From: Limnothrix sp. BL-A-16
Lineage (GTDB): Bacteria > Cyanobacteriota > Cyanobacteriia > CACIAM-69d
Reading direction: 5' to 3'
NCBI GenBank assembly: GCA_041937175.2
Contig: CP166615.1
Coordinates: 2,464,001 to 2,528,000, forward strand
DNA: 64,000 bases
Shown here: positions 10,187 to 21,106 of the stretch, one piece after another
How the letters are laid out: each line of letters opens with the position of its first letter
Position numbering within the stretch: position 1 is the stretch's first letter
Program-made: the position numbers and the translations under genes
Notes under the pieces: model-generated
The model's input: the letters and a program-made list of their open reading frames with translations, nothing else
Told to the model about the DNA's origin: nothing
Databases searched by the model: none

Positions 10187-10432
10187 ATGTGTTTAGCGGT
10201 TCCGGGCCAAGTGGTGGCCATTGTCGATGGGGATCAACAGCTCGCCACGGTTGATTTGAGCGGTGTTCGGCGATCGGTCAGCTTGGCCTGTTTGGTCACG
10301 CCCGATCGCCCGATCGAGCAGTGGGTGGGGCGCTGGGTGGTGGTTCATGCGGGTTTTGCCCTGGAGGAGTTGGATGTGGCCGCGGCCAAGGAAACCCTGA
10401 CTTGGATCGATCGCCTGGCCCCCTCCGCGTGA
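10187..10432 (+). CDS. hypC: Hydrogenase maturation chaperone HypC
   Basis: MCLAVPG N-terminus and WVVVHAGFAL. Confidence 0.96.
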   Translation: MCLAVPGQVVAIVDGDQQLATVDLSGVRRSVSLACLVTPDRPIEQWVGRWVVVHAGFALEELDVAAAKETLTWIDRLAPSA

Positions 10433-10538
10433 TCCAGCCGGACTGTCTCAAACCCTGTCCAAGAAACTGTGTTTTAGGAAGTCATTTTTTAAGAAGTCAT
10501 CTCAAGAGCCGCTTGAAAAGCCGTTTCAGGAGTTTGCG

Positions 10539-11717
10539 ATGAAGTTTGTGACGGAATTTCGTGATCCCGCATCGGTGGCGGGGTGGGTGCGGGAAATTGC
10601 CCATCTAGCGCAACGACTCGATCGCCCCGTGGCCCTGATGGAAGTCTGCGGCGGCCAGACCCACACCATTTTTAAACATGGCCTCGAAGCCCTGCTGCCA
10701 GAAACCGTGGAGCTAATCCATGGGCCCGGTTGCCCCGTTTGCATCATGCCTCGGGGTCGGATTGACGATGCGATCGCCCTGGCAGAACAACCGGGCATGA
10801 TTTTTGCCACCTTTGGTGATGCCCTGCGAGTGCCCGGAGCGCGGGGCAGCCTGATGCAGGCCAAGGCGCGAGGAGCCGATGTGCGTGTGGTCTATTCGCC
10901 CCTCGATGCCCTGACCTTGGCCCAAACCCATCCCGATCGGCCCGTGGTCTTTTTTGGCTTGGGCTTTGAAACCACTGCTCCCGCCGTCGCCATGACCATC
11001 CTGGCGGCGGCCCGTGCCCAACAAACCAACTTCAGCGTGTTTTGCAACCATGTGCTCGTTGTCCCGGCTCTGGAATTTTTGCTCCAGGCCAGCGGCTTGC
11101 GCTTGGATGGGTTCATTGGGCCCGGCCACGTGAGCGCCGTCATTGGCACCGATCCCTATCAAGCGGTGGTCGATCGCTACCAGAAACCCGTGGTGGTGGG
11201 GGGCTTTGAGCCGATCGATCTGCTCCAATCGATCTGGATGTTGCTGTTGCAGTTGGTTGAAGGGCGCTGTGCCGTGGAAAACCAATATCACCGGCTGGTG
11301 AAGCCCGAGGGCAACAGTCCAGCCCTGGCCGCCCTGGCCCAGGTGTTCACGGTGCGGGAGCAATTTGAGTGGCGCGGGTTGGGATCCTTGCCCCGATCAG
11401 GTTTGGCGATCGCTCCGGCCTTTGCGGCTTTTGACGCGGAACAGCGCTATTGCCTACCCAGCCAAGCCAGTGAGGATTCACCCGTTTGCCAATGCGGCCT
11501 CATTTTGCAGGGCAAGCTCAAACCCTGGGAATGCAGTGCCTTTGGTCGCGGTTGCACCCCTGACCATCCCCTAGGCGCTTGCATGGTTTCCTCCGAAGGG
11601 GCCTGCGCTGCCTATTACAAGTACGGTCACGGAGGCCCCCGATCGCCCATGGCCGCGCCCCGCAGATTTGCCGAAGCGCCCGCCCGCCCCCCGGTGCAAT
11701 CAGAATTGGCCCGATAG
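10539..11717 (+). CDS. hypD: Hydrogenase formation protein HypD
   Basis: MEVCGGQTH, GPGCPVC, GFETT, PGHVS, GACMVSSEGACAAYY. Confidence 0.98.
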   Translation: MKFVTEFRDPASVAGWVREIAHLAQRLDRPVALMEVCGGQTHTIFKHGLEALLPETVELIHGPGCPVCIMPRGRIDDAIALAEQPGMIFATFGDALRVPGARGSLMQAKARGADVRVVYSPLDALTLAQTHPDRPVVFFGLGFETTAPAVAMTILAAARAQQTNFSVFCNHVLVVPALEFLLQASGLRLDGFIGPGHVSAVIGTDPYQAVVDRYQKPVVVGGFEPIDLLQSIWMLLLQLVEGRCAVENQYHRLVKPEGNSPALAALAQVFTVREQFEWRGLGSLPRSGLAIAPAFAAFDAEQRYCLPSQASEDSPVCQCGLILQGKLKPWECSAFGRGCTPDHPLGACMVSSEGACAAYYKYGHGGPRSPMAAPRRFAEAPARPPVQSELAR

Positions 11718-11764
11718 CCGCGTTGGCCCAATCGCCGTGATTTCCGCCCTAACCTCCTGATGCT

Positions 11765-12880
11765 ATGGCTTCTTCTAATCATCCGTCCGATTCCCTCGCC
11801 ACTCCCCCATCCAACGTGCTCGAGTTTCAGCAGCCCCAGCACCGCACCCGATCGAGCGACGAAGGCTACATCACCCTGGCCCACGGCAGCGGCGGCCGAG
11901 CCACCCATAACCTGATCACGGATATTTTCCTAGAAACCTTTCGCAGCGATGCCCTCAATGCGCTGGATGACAGTGCGCGGCTGGACTTAGCCCTGTTCAT
12001 GGCCCGGGGCGATCGGTTGGCCTTCACCACTGATTCCTTCGTGGTGGATCCGCTGTTTTTTCCCGGCGGCGACATCGGCAGCCTGGCCATCAACGGCACG
12101 GTGAATGATTTGGCCGTGACCGGGGCCCAGCCGCTCTATCTCTCCTGTGGGTTCATCATTGAAGAGGGCACCCCGATCGCCCTGCTACGTCGCATTGCCC
12201 AGAGCATGAAACTGGCCGCCGACACGGCCCGCGTCAAGGTGGTGGCCGGCGACACAAAGGTTGTACCTCGGGGCAAAGGTGACCAAATCTATATCAACAC
12301 CGCCGGGGTGGGCGTGGCGCGATCGACCCAAGTGCCCGGGCCGCGCTATTTGCAACCGGGCGATGCCATCCTGCTCAGTGGCCCCATGGGCGACCATGGC
12401 ACGGCTATTTTGTTAGCCCGAGGAGATTTGGCCCTCGAAGCGGACATCGCCAGCGATTGCCAGCCCTTGCATGATCTGGCGGCGGCCCTCTGTGAAGCTT
12501 GTCCCACCGTGCGGGCCATGCGCGATGCGACTCGGGGCGGTGTGGCGGCCGTGCTGAATGAATTTGCCCAAACCAGCCGCGTCAGCATGGTGCTCGAAGA
12601 GGCAGCCTTACCCGTGCGGCCACCCGTGGCCGCCGCCTGCGAAGTGTTGGGTCTCGATCCCCTGCACATGGCCAACGAAGGGTTGTTAGTGGCCGTGGTT
12701 CCGGGAGAATTTGCGGCGCGGGCCCTGACAGCCATGCAAATGCTGCCGGAGGGACGGGAGGCCTGTTTGGTGGGCCATGTGACCAAGGCGGATTCGCCCG
12801 TGGTGATTTTGCGAACGCGCTTTGGCTCTGAACGGATTATTGAGTGGCCGATGGGCGATCCCTTGCCACGGATTTGTTAG
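11765..12880 (+). CDS. hypE: Hydrogenase expression/formation protein HypE
   Basis: AHGSGG, FTTDSFVV, GTVNDLA, RDATRGG and the C-terminal PRIC. Confidence 0.98.
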   Translation: MASSNHPSDSLATPPSNVLEFQQPQHRTRSSDEGYITLAHGSGGRATHNLITDIFLETFRSDALNALDDSARLDLALFMARGDRLAFTTDSFVVDPLFFPGGDIGSLAINGTVNDLAVTGAQPLYLSCGFIIEEGTPIALLRRIAQSMKLAADTARVKVVAGDTKVVPRGKGDQIYINTAGVGVARSTQVPGPRYLQPGDAILLSGPMGDHGTAILLARGDLALEADIASDCQPLHDLAAALCEACPTVRAMRDATRGGVAAVLNEFAQTSRVSMVLEEAALPVRPPVAAACEVLGLDPLHMANEGLLVAVVPGEFAARALTAMQMLPEGREACLVGHVTKADSPVVILRTRFGSERIIEWPMGDPLPRIC

Positions 12881-12910
12881 GGCCGATTTTGTTAGGGCCG
12901 ATGGATTCGG

Positions 12911-12974
12911 GCTAATCGGTTTGGGCTAATTGGTTTGGGCTAATTGGTTTGGGCTAATTGGTTTGAGCTAATCG
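12911..12974. repeat. 14 bp tandem repeat GGTTTGGGCTAATT, about 4 copies
   Basis: Seen directly between hypE and hypA. Confidence 0.85.
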
Positions 12975-12991
12975 AGCACAGGAGGAATGGG

Positions 12992-13333
12992 ATGCACGAA
13001 CTAGGCATTACTCAGGAACTGGTGCGGTTGGCGCTGGCTCAGGCCCAAGGGGCCCCCATCCGCCGACTGGGTTTGGCCGTGGGGGCCCTGTCGGGCATTT
13101 CCACGGAGGCGATCGCCTTTTGTTTTGGCCCCTGTGCCATGGGCACGGCCCTGGAGGGGGCGGAGTTGGACATCACGATCGTACCTGGCCAGGCCCGTTG
13201 CCACCATTGCGGCCGGGATTTCCCTCTGGATGACGTGGTGGGGATTTGTCCCCATTGCAACAGCTTGGACTGGACGATCGAGGCGGGTCAAGACTTGATT
13301 TTAAAAACCTTGGAGGTCATCCCATGTGCGTAA
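12992..13333 (+). CDS. hypA: Nickel metallochaperone HypA
   Basis: MHE start after AGGAGG; CHHC...CPHC zinc site. Confidence 0.96.
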   Translation: MHELGITQELVRLALAQAQGAPIRRLGLAVGALSGISTEAIAFCFGPCAMGTALEGAELDITIVPGQARCHHCGRDFPLDDVVGICPHCNSLDWTIEAGQDLILKTLEVIPCA

Positions 13334-14328
13334 CCTGCGGTTGTGATGATGGGGCATCGGTCACGATCACCAACTTATCCCACAGTGAGCGATCCCCAAA
13401 TAAGCTATCCCAATCAGCGGCGATCGACCCAGCATTGGGCCCCTCCCCGATCGACTCCGACTGGCACAGTCATCAACATGCCGATGGTTCAGTGGTGGTG
13501 CATCGCCACGGGCCCACCACTCATAGCCCCAGCCATCATCATCACCACCATGCCCATCCTCCCGGTCATCATCACGAGCATCCCCCTACCGATCGGGATC
13601 CTCACCCAGCCGATCGCCCCTCTCTGACGGCAACGGATCCGGTCACCCAAACCCTGCACCTAGAGGCGCGACTGCTAGACAAAAACAACCAACTGGCCGC
13701 CGCCAACCGCCAATGGTTCCAAAACCAGGACATTTGGGCCCTGAACCTGATGAGTGGGCCCGGGGCCGGCAAAACAACACTGCTGGTAAAAACCCTGACG
13801 GATTTGGCCGATCGGGTCTCTTTTGCCGTCATTGAAGGGGATCAGGCCACCTTGAACGATGCGGAACGGGTGCGGGCCACCGGTTGCCCCGTGGTGCAGG
13901 TCAACACGGGCACGGGTTGCCACTTGGACGCGGCCATGGTGCAAGGAGGCTGTCAGCAACTGCAACCGCCACCGGGCAGCATTTTGGCGATCGAGAATGT
14001 GGGCAACCTGGTTTGTCCTGCGCTGTTTGACTTGGGAGAAGCATCCCGGGTCGGCATTTTTTCGGTCACCGAAGGCGAAGATAAACCCCTGAAGTACCCA
14101 CACCTGTTTCGGGCCTGCGATTTGGTGCTCCTGAGCAAAATCGATTTGCTGCCCTATTTGCCCTTTGATCTGGATCGGGCGATCGCCGCCGTGAAACAGG
14201 TGAACCCCAAGGCGCGCATTTTGCCCCTTTCGTCCCTGACCGGCGAAGGCTTGGCCGACTGGTACGACTGGCTTTTGGTTCAGCGCGATCGCGCCGGCCA
14301 TGCTTCGGCCGCCGGTTTGGCCCCCTAG
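13324..14328 (+). CDS. hypB: Nickel incorporation GTPase HypB with His-rich N-terminus
   Basis: MCVTCGC, poly-His segment, [30 protein letters not shown]. Confidence 0.98.
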   Translation: MCVTCGCDDGASVTITNLSHSERSPNKLSQSAAIDPALGPSPIDSDWHSHQHADGSVVVHRHGPTTHSPSHHHHHHAHPPGHHHEHPPTDRDPHPADRPSLTATDPVTQTLHLEARLLDKNNQLAAANRQWFQNQDIWALNLMSGPGAGKTTLLVKTLTDLADRVSFAVIEGDQATLNDAERVRATGCPVVQVNTGTGCHLDAAMVQGGCQQLQPPPGSILAIENVGNLVCPALFDLGEASRVGIFSVTEGEDKPLKYPHLFRACDLVLLSKIDLLPYLPFDLDRAIAAVKQVNPKARILPLSSLTGEGLADWYDWLLVQRDRAGHASAAGLAP

Positions 14329-15053
14329 GGCAAGACCAATGCGCCCGCCGGTCGATGGGCTGGCGGACAGGGTTCCAAGCGCAGGCCAAACACCGCCGCA
14401 AACTGCTCTGCCACCACCGATCGCGCCTGGGCCACCGTCAAACCGGGCACAACATCCACCAATCGGCCCACGGGGCGATCGGCAATTCCACAGGGCACGA
14501 TTTCCCGAAAGCCCGCCAGCTCACAATCCACATTTAGAGCAAAGCCGTGCATGGTCACCCAACGGCTGACCTGAATCCCGATCGCCGCCACCTTGCGCCC
14601 CTCTAGCCACACCCCCGTCAGGCCCGGAAACCGTTCCGCCGCCAAACCCCAAGTCCCGATCGCCCGAATCAACACCTCCTCCAACTGGCGCAGATACCAA
14701 TGGAGATCCGGTTGGTGACGGCGCAAATTCAGAATGGGGTAGCCGACCAACTGTCCGGGGCAATGGTGGGTAACCTCGCCACCCCGCTCAATGGGCACCA
14801 ACGGCACGGGATGGGTTGCGGGGTCAAACCGCACAAAGGCGCGATCGGCCCCACGCCCCAGGGTGTAAACCGGCGGATGTTCCAACAGCATTAACCCATC
14901 GGGCAGCGTCGGATCTGCGATTCGATCGGCCTGCCACTGGCGCTGCCAACCCCAAGCCACTTCGTAAGCTGTGGTTTGCAAATTCAGATGCCAACAGGGG
15001 GCGATCGGCCCGGCATATTCCCCAGTGGTTTCAGTAGCAGCATCACAAACCAT
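14325..15053 (-). CDS. lipB: Lipoyl(octanoyl) transferase
   Basis: [45 protein letters not shown]. Confidence 0.97.
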   Translation of the reverse strand: MVCDAATETTGEYAGPIAPCWHLNLQTTAYEVAWGWQRQWQADRIADPTLPDGLMLLEHPPVYTLGRGADRAFVRFDPATHPVPLVPIERGGEVTHHCPGQLVGYPILNLRRHQPDLHWYLRQLEEVLIRAIGTWGLAAERFPGLTGVWLEGRKVAAIGIQVSRWVTMHGFALNVDCELAGFREIVPCGIADRPVGRLVDVVPGLTVAQARSVVAEQFAAVFGLRLEPCPPAHRPAGALVLP

Positions 15054-15258
15054 AAACTCTAGCCAAATGCCCTAACCATAAAGCCCTAACCATAAAGATT
15101 GAGAATTGCCAAGGGGAATTTGGTGATGGTTTGTGGGGAATCACTGAAGAAAAGGTCAAGAATCATCAACAGATGCAAAAGATTTTAAAGGAAATTCTCC
15201 CACCGATCCCAAAGTGCTACGTTGAAAGTATCACCCATCTCGAAGGGGAGGAAGCTCT

Positions 15259-15858
15259 ATGAAGCTTGTCATCCAGGGTAAAAACATCGAGATTACCGAT
15301 GCACTGCGTGACTATGTTCAGCAAAAAATTGAAAAGGCCGTCAGCCATTTTCAACACTTAACGCTTGAAGTGGATGTGCACCTGTCGGTAGCTCGCAACC
15401 CCCGGATTGATTCTAACCAAACGGCTGAGGTGACCATTTACGCGAACCGCACAGTTGTTCGAGCTGAAGAAAGCAGCGAGAACCTGTATGCCAGCATTGA
15501 CATGGTTGCTGACAAGATTGCCCGTCAACTTCGCAAGTATAAGGAAAAACATCAAGAACGTCGCCGCGAGCCGGTGAAGACCGCAGAAGTGCTGGGCGAA
15601 ATGCCAGTCGGAACCATTATTCCGCCCCGAGAACCCGAGTTGCCGGCGGATGTGGTGCGGACGAAATACTTTGAAATGGCCCCGATGACGATCGCGGAGG
15701 CCTTGGAGCAACTGGAGCTGGTTGATCACGATTTCTTCATGTTCTGCAACTCAGAAACGGGTGAAATCAACGTGATTTATGAACGGAACCATGGCGGTTA
15801 CGGCGTGATTCAACCCCGCAAGGCCCAACGCTTTGCCGAGAACTCTTCCGCTGCTTAG
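15259..15858 (+). CDS. hpf: Ribosome hibernation promoting factor, long HPF / LrtA
   Basis: [15 protein letters not shown]...[20 protein letters not shown] and C-terminal [18 protein letters not shown]. Confidence 0.97.
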   Translation: MKLVIQGKNIEITDALRDYVQQKIEKAVSHFQHLTLEVDVHLSVARNPRIDSNQTAEVTIYANRTVVRAEESSENLYASIDMVADKIARQLRKYKEKHQERRREPVKTAEVLGEMPVGTIIPPREPELPADVVRTKYFEMAPMTIAEALEQLELVDHDFFMFCNSETGEINVIYERNHGGYGVIQPRKAQRFAENSSAA

Positions 15859-16122
15859 AGGTTGCTTGAAAAGCATCTTGAAGCGCTTGCTAAATACCAT
15901 AGCCCTTAGGGACAAGGGGCTTAAGCCCCTTGTTGTTGTAGACCGAGCAAGCTGCCTACCAAATCTAGCTTTTTAAACACCCGCTGAGGCTGAATTGGCA
16001 AACTGAGAATTACTCATGAAAGAGTGATTGATTCAGCAGCAATTTGTTGAACGATCCTTGAACAATTCAGACTTGCGATTAGGGTCTGTTGAGTATCCTA
16101 TGCCACCACAATTTTGACTGCT

Positions 16123-16716
16123 TCAAGCCTTGGGACATCCTGATTTTTGAAGCATTTTCCACTCTTGTAAAACAAAAGGCGGTACGGGAATTTCTGCCTG
16201 ATCGGCATCACCGACGGGGATGGTTAATCGCAAAATACCTAATTGATTTAACCGACCTGCCACGGAATCAAATTCATATTCTCCGGTGTTGAGGGCTAAT
16301 GAATCGATCGGGAACTGATCCGCAAGCTGGGCAACGGCCCCTGTGGAATTGGTGATGATTAAAGATCGATCGCGATTGACCCGCAAACTGGGAAAACCAA
16401 CCACCCGCAACCGAAATCCTGTTGTGGGTGGTTGTCCGTTGGCCGCTTCGCCAAACAACACCAATTGCCAACTGCGATCGCGCTGATCTCGCAGGGATTG
16501 CAACGATCGACACAAGACCCGATCGCCCGGAAGGGGGTAGGGATGCAGGCTCGCCATCGCGGGTTCCGGCATTAGCCCCCAACCCCAAAGCACAACCGCC
16601 AACAACAACCCCAAGGCCTTGCCCAGCGTAGTCCACCCCATCCACCACCCGGGCAATTGGGGCGATCGAACCGTTTCTTGTCCTTTTTGGATACTTTGAT
16701 GCTTTTGGTGATTCAT
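16123..16716 (-). CDS. DUF3122-like exported protein
   Basis: Signal-like segment ending PAMA, then RSLQSLRD...WQLVLF...LRVVGFP. Confidence 0.7.
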   Translation of the reverse strand: MNHQKHQSIQKGQETVRSPQLPGWWMGWTTLGKALGLLLAVVLWGWGLMPEPAMASLHPYPLPGDRVLCRSLQSLRDQRDRSWQLVLFGEAANGQPPTTGFRLRVVGFPSLRVNRDRSLIITNSTGAVAQLADQFPIDSLALNTGEYEFDSVAGRLNQLGILRLTIPVGDADQAEIPVPPFVLQEWKMLQKSGCPKA

Positions 16717-17065
16717 AATGCTTTCCAAAATTCTCATAATTCTTCTCAATTCTGTGGAGTAACTCTTTCGGGCGATCGTGCTAGTCTAAATTCGTGTACT
16801 GCAATCAATGCGTTGATAGCAATTCCGCAAACCAAGCAAAGAAATCCAGGTACAGAAATCCAAGCAAGAAAACCCAAGCAAAGATTTCAGCAACCTAAAA
16901 TCAGCAGCGTCCAATCGGCAAACTGGCAAATGTTCGGGCAAGTTTTGGCCCTGGTGCTGAACCCGATTGGGGCAGCAAAACCGCCAACAAACTCATGGCC
17001 CACCGCTGCTTTCTTAGCTTACCGATCATCTTCAAAATTCAGCATATTCAATCCAAGGAGTCACT

Positions 17066-17665
17066 ATGACCGGTCGAGGCGGTCGCCGTCCGGGCGCGGG
17101 TCGTCCCAAAGGCACAGGTAAATATGGCGAACCCACCAAAGCGGTTCGACTGCCGATCAGTTTTGTCGATCGCCTGCCGGAACTCCTGGCCCAATGGCAG
17201 CTCGATCAACTGGAAACGGAAGCCATCGCCGATGGCCGGCTCCAACGAATTGAAGACCATCCCACGCCACCCCTGCGCCTCTATGAAATGCCGGCGGCCG
17301 CTGGATTACACGCCTTTGCGCCCCAAGAGGACACGGAACCCGACGCGATCGACCTGAACACCTATCTCAGTCGGCATCCCAACGAGTCTTTTTTGGTGCG
17401 GGTCACGGGGGATTCCATGATCGGTATTGGCATCTATCCCGATGACCTACTGGTGATTGATGCTTCCGAGGCGGACAACGCCCAGACGGGACAAATTGTG
17501 CTGGCGCTGGTGGATGACAAGGTAACGGTGAAGCGATTGCAAGTGCTGGATGGTCGCATTTTTCTGCATTCCGAAAATCCGATCTATGCCCCTTTGCAAA
17601 TCACCGAAGGAATGGTGTTTAAGATTTTGGGGATTGTGGCCAGCGCGATTCACCAATTCCGTTAA
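17066..17665 (+). CDS. UmuD/LexA-family S24 peptidase with N-terminal AT-hook-like motif
   Basis: GGRRPGAGRPKG at the N-terminus; AAG cleavage-site region; FLVRVTGDSM (Ser) and VTVKRL (Lys). AGGAG RBS. Confidence 0.88.
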   Translation: MTGRGGRRPGAGRPKGTGKYGEPTKAVRLPISFVDRLPELLAQWQLDQLETEAIADGRLQRIEDHPTPPLRLYEMPAAAGLHAFAPQEDTEPDAIDLNTYLSRHPNESFLVRVTGDSMIGIGIYPDDLLVIDASEADNAQTGQIVLALVDDKVTVKRLQVLDGRIFLHSENPIYAPLQITEGMVFKILGIVASAIHQFR

Positions 17666-17755
17666 CCCAGATCAATCAGATTGGCCAATTCCAGGTGGCT
17701 CAGGGACAATCTTGGATTGGGGTGGACTCGCTTGATGGGTTTGAGTTGGATGCTT

Positions 17756-18658
17756 AGACCTCTTGCACGAATCAAATTGGATGTGCCGCTTGGTAGTTGA
17801 GCAACCCAGCTAACAGATGGAGCCTCAAGCCAAAACGGCGACGACGATTGCGATAGCGTTCTGAGAAGATCCGAAATCGCTTCAAGCGACGAATGGCGTG
17901 CTCAATCCGAATGCGCACCGCCGCTAACGCCTGATTGCAAGCTTTTTCCTCGTCAGGCAGGCACTTTCGAGGTGGTTTCCGTTTCGGAAGGATCGTGGCT
18001 TCATGGTGACGAGCTAGCCCTTGATACCCACTATCCGCTAGACACAGCCGGTCTGGGGCTAGGCGAAACGCGCTCTCACGCCAAAGTCGCAGGTCATGGG
18101 TGCGACCTCGACCGATTGCCACCGCTAGGAATTGACCGGAGCGCCAATCAATCACCAATTGCCCTTTCAACGTATGCCGCTTTTGCTTACCGCTGTAGTA
18201 AGCTCGCTGTTTTTTTTGGGCGTTCAATGGCGACTTCGGTCACATCAATCACCACCACTGACTCGTCGGTTTCGGGGTCTAAGAGACGGCGTTTGCCGGG
18301 CAAGGCAAACCGACCACTTTTGACCAAGACGGTCTCAACACGGTTGATGATCCGACAGACGGTGGCTTCTGAGACCCCGAAATCGAGACCGATGTGGAAT
18401 TGGGTGCGATACTCGCGCCAGTATTGCAGGGTTAGCAGAAGCTGATTCTCAACACTCAGACTATTTTGGCCCCCGCGTTTGCCACTCCGGTCTAGGGCGG
18501 GGCGGAGGACTTCCAGCATGGCTTGGAAGGTGGAGCGACTGAAGCCACAGGCACGGCGAAACTGTGATGGGGGCAGCGAGGCGAGGCTTTCGTAGAGCAT
18601 CTCCCGATCATGGTGACGACGACTTTCTACACTACTGCTTTATTCGTGCAAGAGGTCT
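17756..18658 (-). mobile_element. IS5-family insertion sequence (ISL2/IS702-like), 903 bp
   Basis: Perfect 17 bp terminal inverted repeats AGACCTCTTGCACGAAT (17756-17772) and ATTCGTGCAAGAGGTCT (18642-18658). Flanking 3 bp CTT direct repeat. Confidence 0.92.
17772..18600 (-). CDS. IS5-family DDE transposase split over two frames, joined by a probable -1 frameshift at an A8 run
   Basis: ORF A (18187-18600) has an HTH and IDVTEVAIERPKK. ORF B (17772-18227) has KKQRAYYSGKQKRHTLK, LADSGYQG and RIRIEHAIRRLKRF. The T8 run is at 18210-18217. Confidence 0.9.
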
Positions 18659-18716
18659 CTTGAATGGCGTTCATTGCAATTGCGTGAATCGCGAAGGTGC
18701 TGCGCAATTCCTGATC

Positions 18717-19367
18717 CTAGTTGTCTGGGTTCTCTGAGGCTGGGGCCCGGTGGCGCAAGAAATCTTGCAGATCCTGAGGGCTGTTGCAGTTGCGCAAGGT
18801 AGCCGCCTCCAGCGTCGTCAGCGGTAGATAAATGGCTCGTTGTTCCGTTGCCAACTGGTCTAACCAGGCCTGAAACGATCGCCCGCCTTGATCGATAAAA
18901 GTCCGCAACTGGGGGGCGATCGCGGGTCGATACAGCCCGCACAGGGGTTCCCAACCACGATCGGTGCGTGGAACCAACGCCACTTGCTTGGAACTGAGGG
19001 CATGGCGGCGATCGAGCCAGGAGCGACAAACGGGCCCATCCAAACAGGGCAAATCGCAAGCCAGCAGCCACACCCAGTTAATGTCGGTCAGGTCTCGGGC
19101 CGCGCGATCGAGCAACTCTGAAAAAGCCAACAGCGGCCCCCGATCGGCTACCGATTCCTGCCACCAATCCACCGGCAAGGCAGCCGTGGCGGGATGGGTT
19201 TGGTAACGTTCCGGCCAGGGCGAAAAAATAATCGGTCGGCGTTCCGTCACCGAAATGGCTACCTCACAGACCCGATGAAGCATAGGCTGTCCATTCCAAG
19301 GCAGCAACACCTTGTCGCGCCCCATCCGGCGACTTTGCCCACCTGCCAAGATTGCTGCCTGAATCAT
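18717..19367 (-). CDS. mobA: Molybdenum cofactor guanylyltransferase
   Basis: ILAGGQSRRMGRDK, GPL, LACDLP, EPLCGLY, NCNSPQD. Confidence 0.94.
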   Translation of the reverse strand: MIQAAILAGGQSRRMGRDKVLLPWNGQPMLHRVCEVAISVTERRPIIFSPWPERYQTHPATAALPVDWWQESVADRGPLLAFSELLDRAARDLTDINWVWLLACDLPCLDGPVCRSWLDRRHALSSKQVALVPRTDRGWEPLCGLYRPAIAPQLRTFIDQGGRSFQAWLDQLATEQRAIYLPLTTLEAATLRNCNSPQDLQDFLRHRAPASENPDN

Positions 19368-19442
19368 GAGTGCTTATCCACCTGCGGGCCATGGTTTTCA
19401 GTGATGAGCACACTGCTCCCGGGCCATCCCTGAATCTCCAAT

Positions 19443-19703
19443 TTACTTTGCCAGGCGAACGGCATACCACTGCAAAAACCGATCGGGGCCCAAGTCCAGC
19501 TCGCAGGCTTCTTCAATGAGCGATCGCACCCGCGCTTCTGTGGTGGCCAACCGTTGCAAGTCACGCGGCAGGCAATCGCCCAAGGATTCCACCACGCCGG
19601 TCAACTTTTCACGCAACTCTTCTACGGACAAAATCACCTCGGGCTGATTCGTTTCCAGCACCACAAAATATTCATTGTCTTGATATAGCATTGCATCGGC
19701 CAT
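19443..19703 (-). CDS. Chlororespiratory reduction protein 7 (CRR7, NDH assembly)
   Basis: FVVLETNQPE...LPRDLQ...CELDLGP..FLQWYAVRL. Confidence 0.88.
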   Translation of the reverse strand: MADAMLYQDNEYFVVLETNQPEVILSVEELREKLTGVVESLGDCLPRDLQRLATTEARVRSLIEEACELDLGPDRFLQWYAVRLAK

Positions 19704-19755
19704 CGATCGCTTTCTCCTACTCGCAAAAAACAGGTTTTAACGTCCCAAAATACGA

Positions 19756-19780
19756 AGGGCGCACGGCGGTGCGCCCCTAC
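19756..19780. repeat. GTAG-family REP palindrome (AGGGCGCAC...GTGCGCCCCTAC)
   Basis: GTAG-tailed imperfect palindrome. Related copies at 21585, 21664, 37661, 37766 and 37811. Confidence 0.75.
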
Positions 19781-19859
19781 CAATCATCCCAAAATTCTTG
19801 GAACAAGGGGCTTAAGCCCCTTGTCTGGGTCTGGTGATGGCTTGGATCAATGATGAAAC

Positions 19860-20861
19860 CTAAATTCCGGCGTGACCCATGGCTAGGCCAGCCACCAACA
19901 TTCCTAACACCAAAAAGGGCTGAGCACTCGCTTGATATTTCACATCATTCTTGAGCGGATCGCGCAGGAAATACATATCCTGGAACACGATTTGCGGAAT
20001 GATCAACAGACCCAAAATCGAGGCGTACAAATTCTCATGTAGGCTAACCAAATAACCCGCAATCCCGATTTGGAAGGTGTCGATCATCGCCACACAAATC
20101 CAAGCGGCCGTGCCGATGCCAAACATCACGGGCAAGGATTTGAGACCCAAGGTGCGATCGCCCTCCACACTCTTGAAGTCATTGACGATCGCGATGCCCA
20201 AGCCTGCCAAGCTATAGATCAGCGTCACCACCGCCACCGTCGGAGTCAACGTGCCAAACAGCGCTTGGCCCGCCCACCAAGGCAAGGCGATATAGCTCGC
20301 ACCCAAGGCGTAGTTCCCGAGCCAGCCGTTTTGTTTCAGCTTCAGGGGCGGCGCGGAATAGATATAAGAAACGATCGAACCGCCGACCGCCAAGATTGTG
20401 ATGATCGGGAATTCGTGGCCCGCCCAGCGATCGAGAATGTAGGCCACACCGATGCCCCCGAACAGCAACACCAAAATTTGCGTCACCACCTGCGGAATCG
20501 AAATTGCACCGGAGGGAATCGGGCGATAGGGTTCGTTGATCGCGTCAATTTCCCGATCGTAGTAGTCGTTGATGGTTTGGGTGTAGCCCGTCAGCAACGG
20601 CCCCGACATCAACATACAAAGCGCCGATTTCAGGAAATTCTCCAGGGTCCATTCATAGTGCCCCGAGGAAGCCGCCCCACAGACCACGCCCCAAATTAGG
20701 GGGATCCAGGTGATCGGCTTCATCAATTGCAGGCGGATTTTCCAAATATTGGTTTCGCCGCTGGCAGCTCCCTTCATCCCCAGCATTTGCCGGGCTTTGG
20801 AGCCGCTGTCTTCGGCGGGGGTGGGCGTTTCGATCGCCTCGGTGTTGGGTTCGGTGGTCAT
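19860..20861 (-). CDS. chlG: Chlorophyll synthase
   Basis: RLQLMKPITWIPLIWG, NDYYDREIDAINEPYRPIPSG, NDFKSVEGD. Start taken at MTTEPN. Confidence 0.98.
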   Translation of the reverse strand: MTTEPNTEAIETPTPAEDSGSKARQMLGMKGAASGETNIWKIRLQLMKPITWIPLIWGVVCGAASSGHYEWTLENFLKSALCMLMSGPLLTGYTQTINDYYDREIDAINEPYRPIPSGAISIPQVVTQILVLLFGGIGVAYILDRWAGHEFPIITILAVGGSIVSYIYSAPPLKLKQNGWLGNYALGASYIALPWWAGQALFGTLTPTVAVVTLIYSLAGLGIAIVNDFKSVEGDRTLGLKSLPVMFGIGTAAWICVAMIDTFQIGIAGYLVSLHENLYASILGLLIIPQIVFQDMYFLRDPLKNDVKYQASAQPFLVLGMLVAGLAMGHAGI

Positions 20862-21106
20862 GGTTCGATCGATGGGTTGGATCTTGCTTGTCGTTGGGAG
20901 CCATGGTATCGCGTCTGCTCTCCCACTCAACCCGCAGTCAGCATGGAGTTCAAGAGCCAGACTGCCAATTCTTGACTATCGCAGCTACGCAGACTGCACC
21001 CAATTCCTATTAATACTAATTGCGCTAGAACAGAGGAGCGCCGGATCTGGTGTTGTAATCGGACGTAATCTTCACGCCACTTGGATTGGATGAGATCGAT
21101 CGCCCT

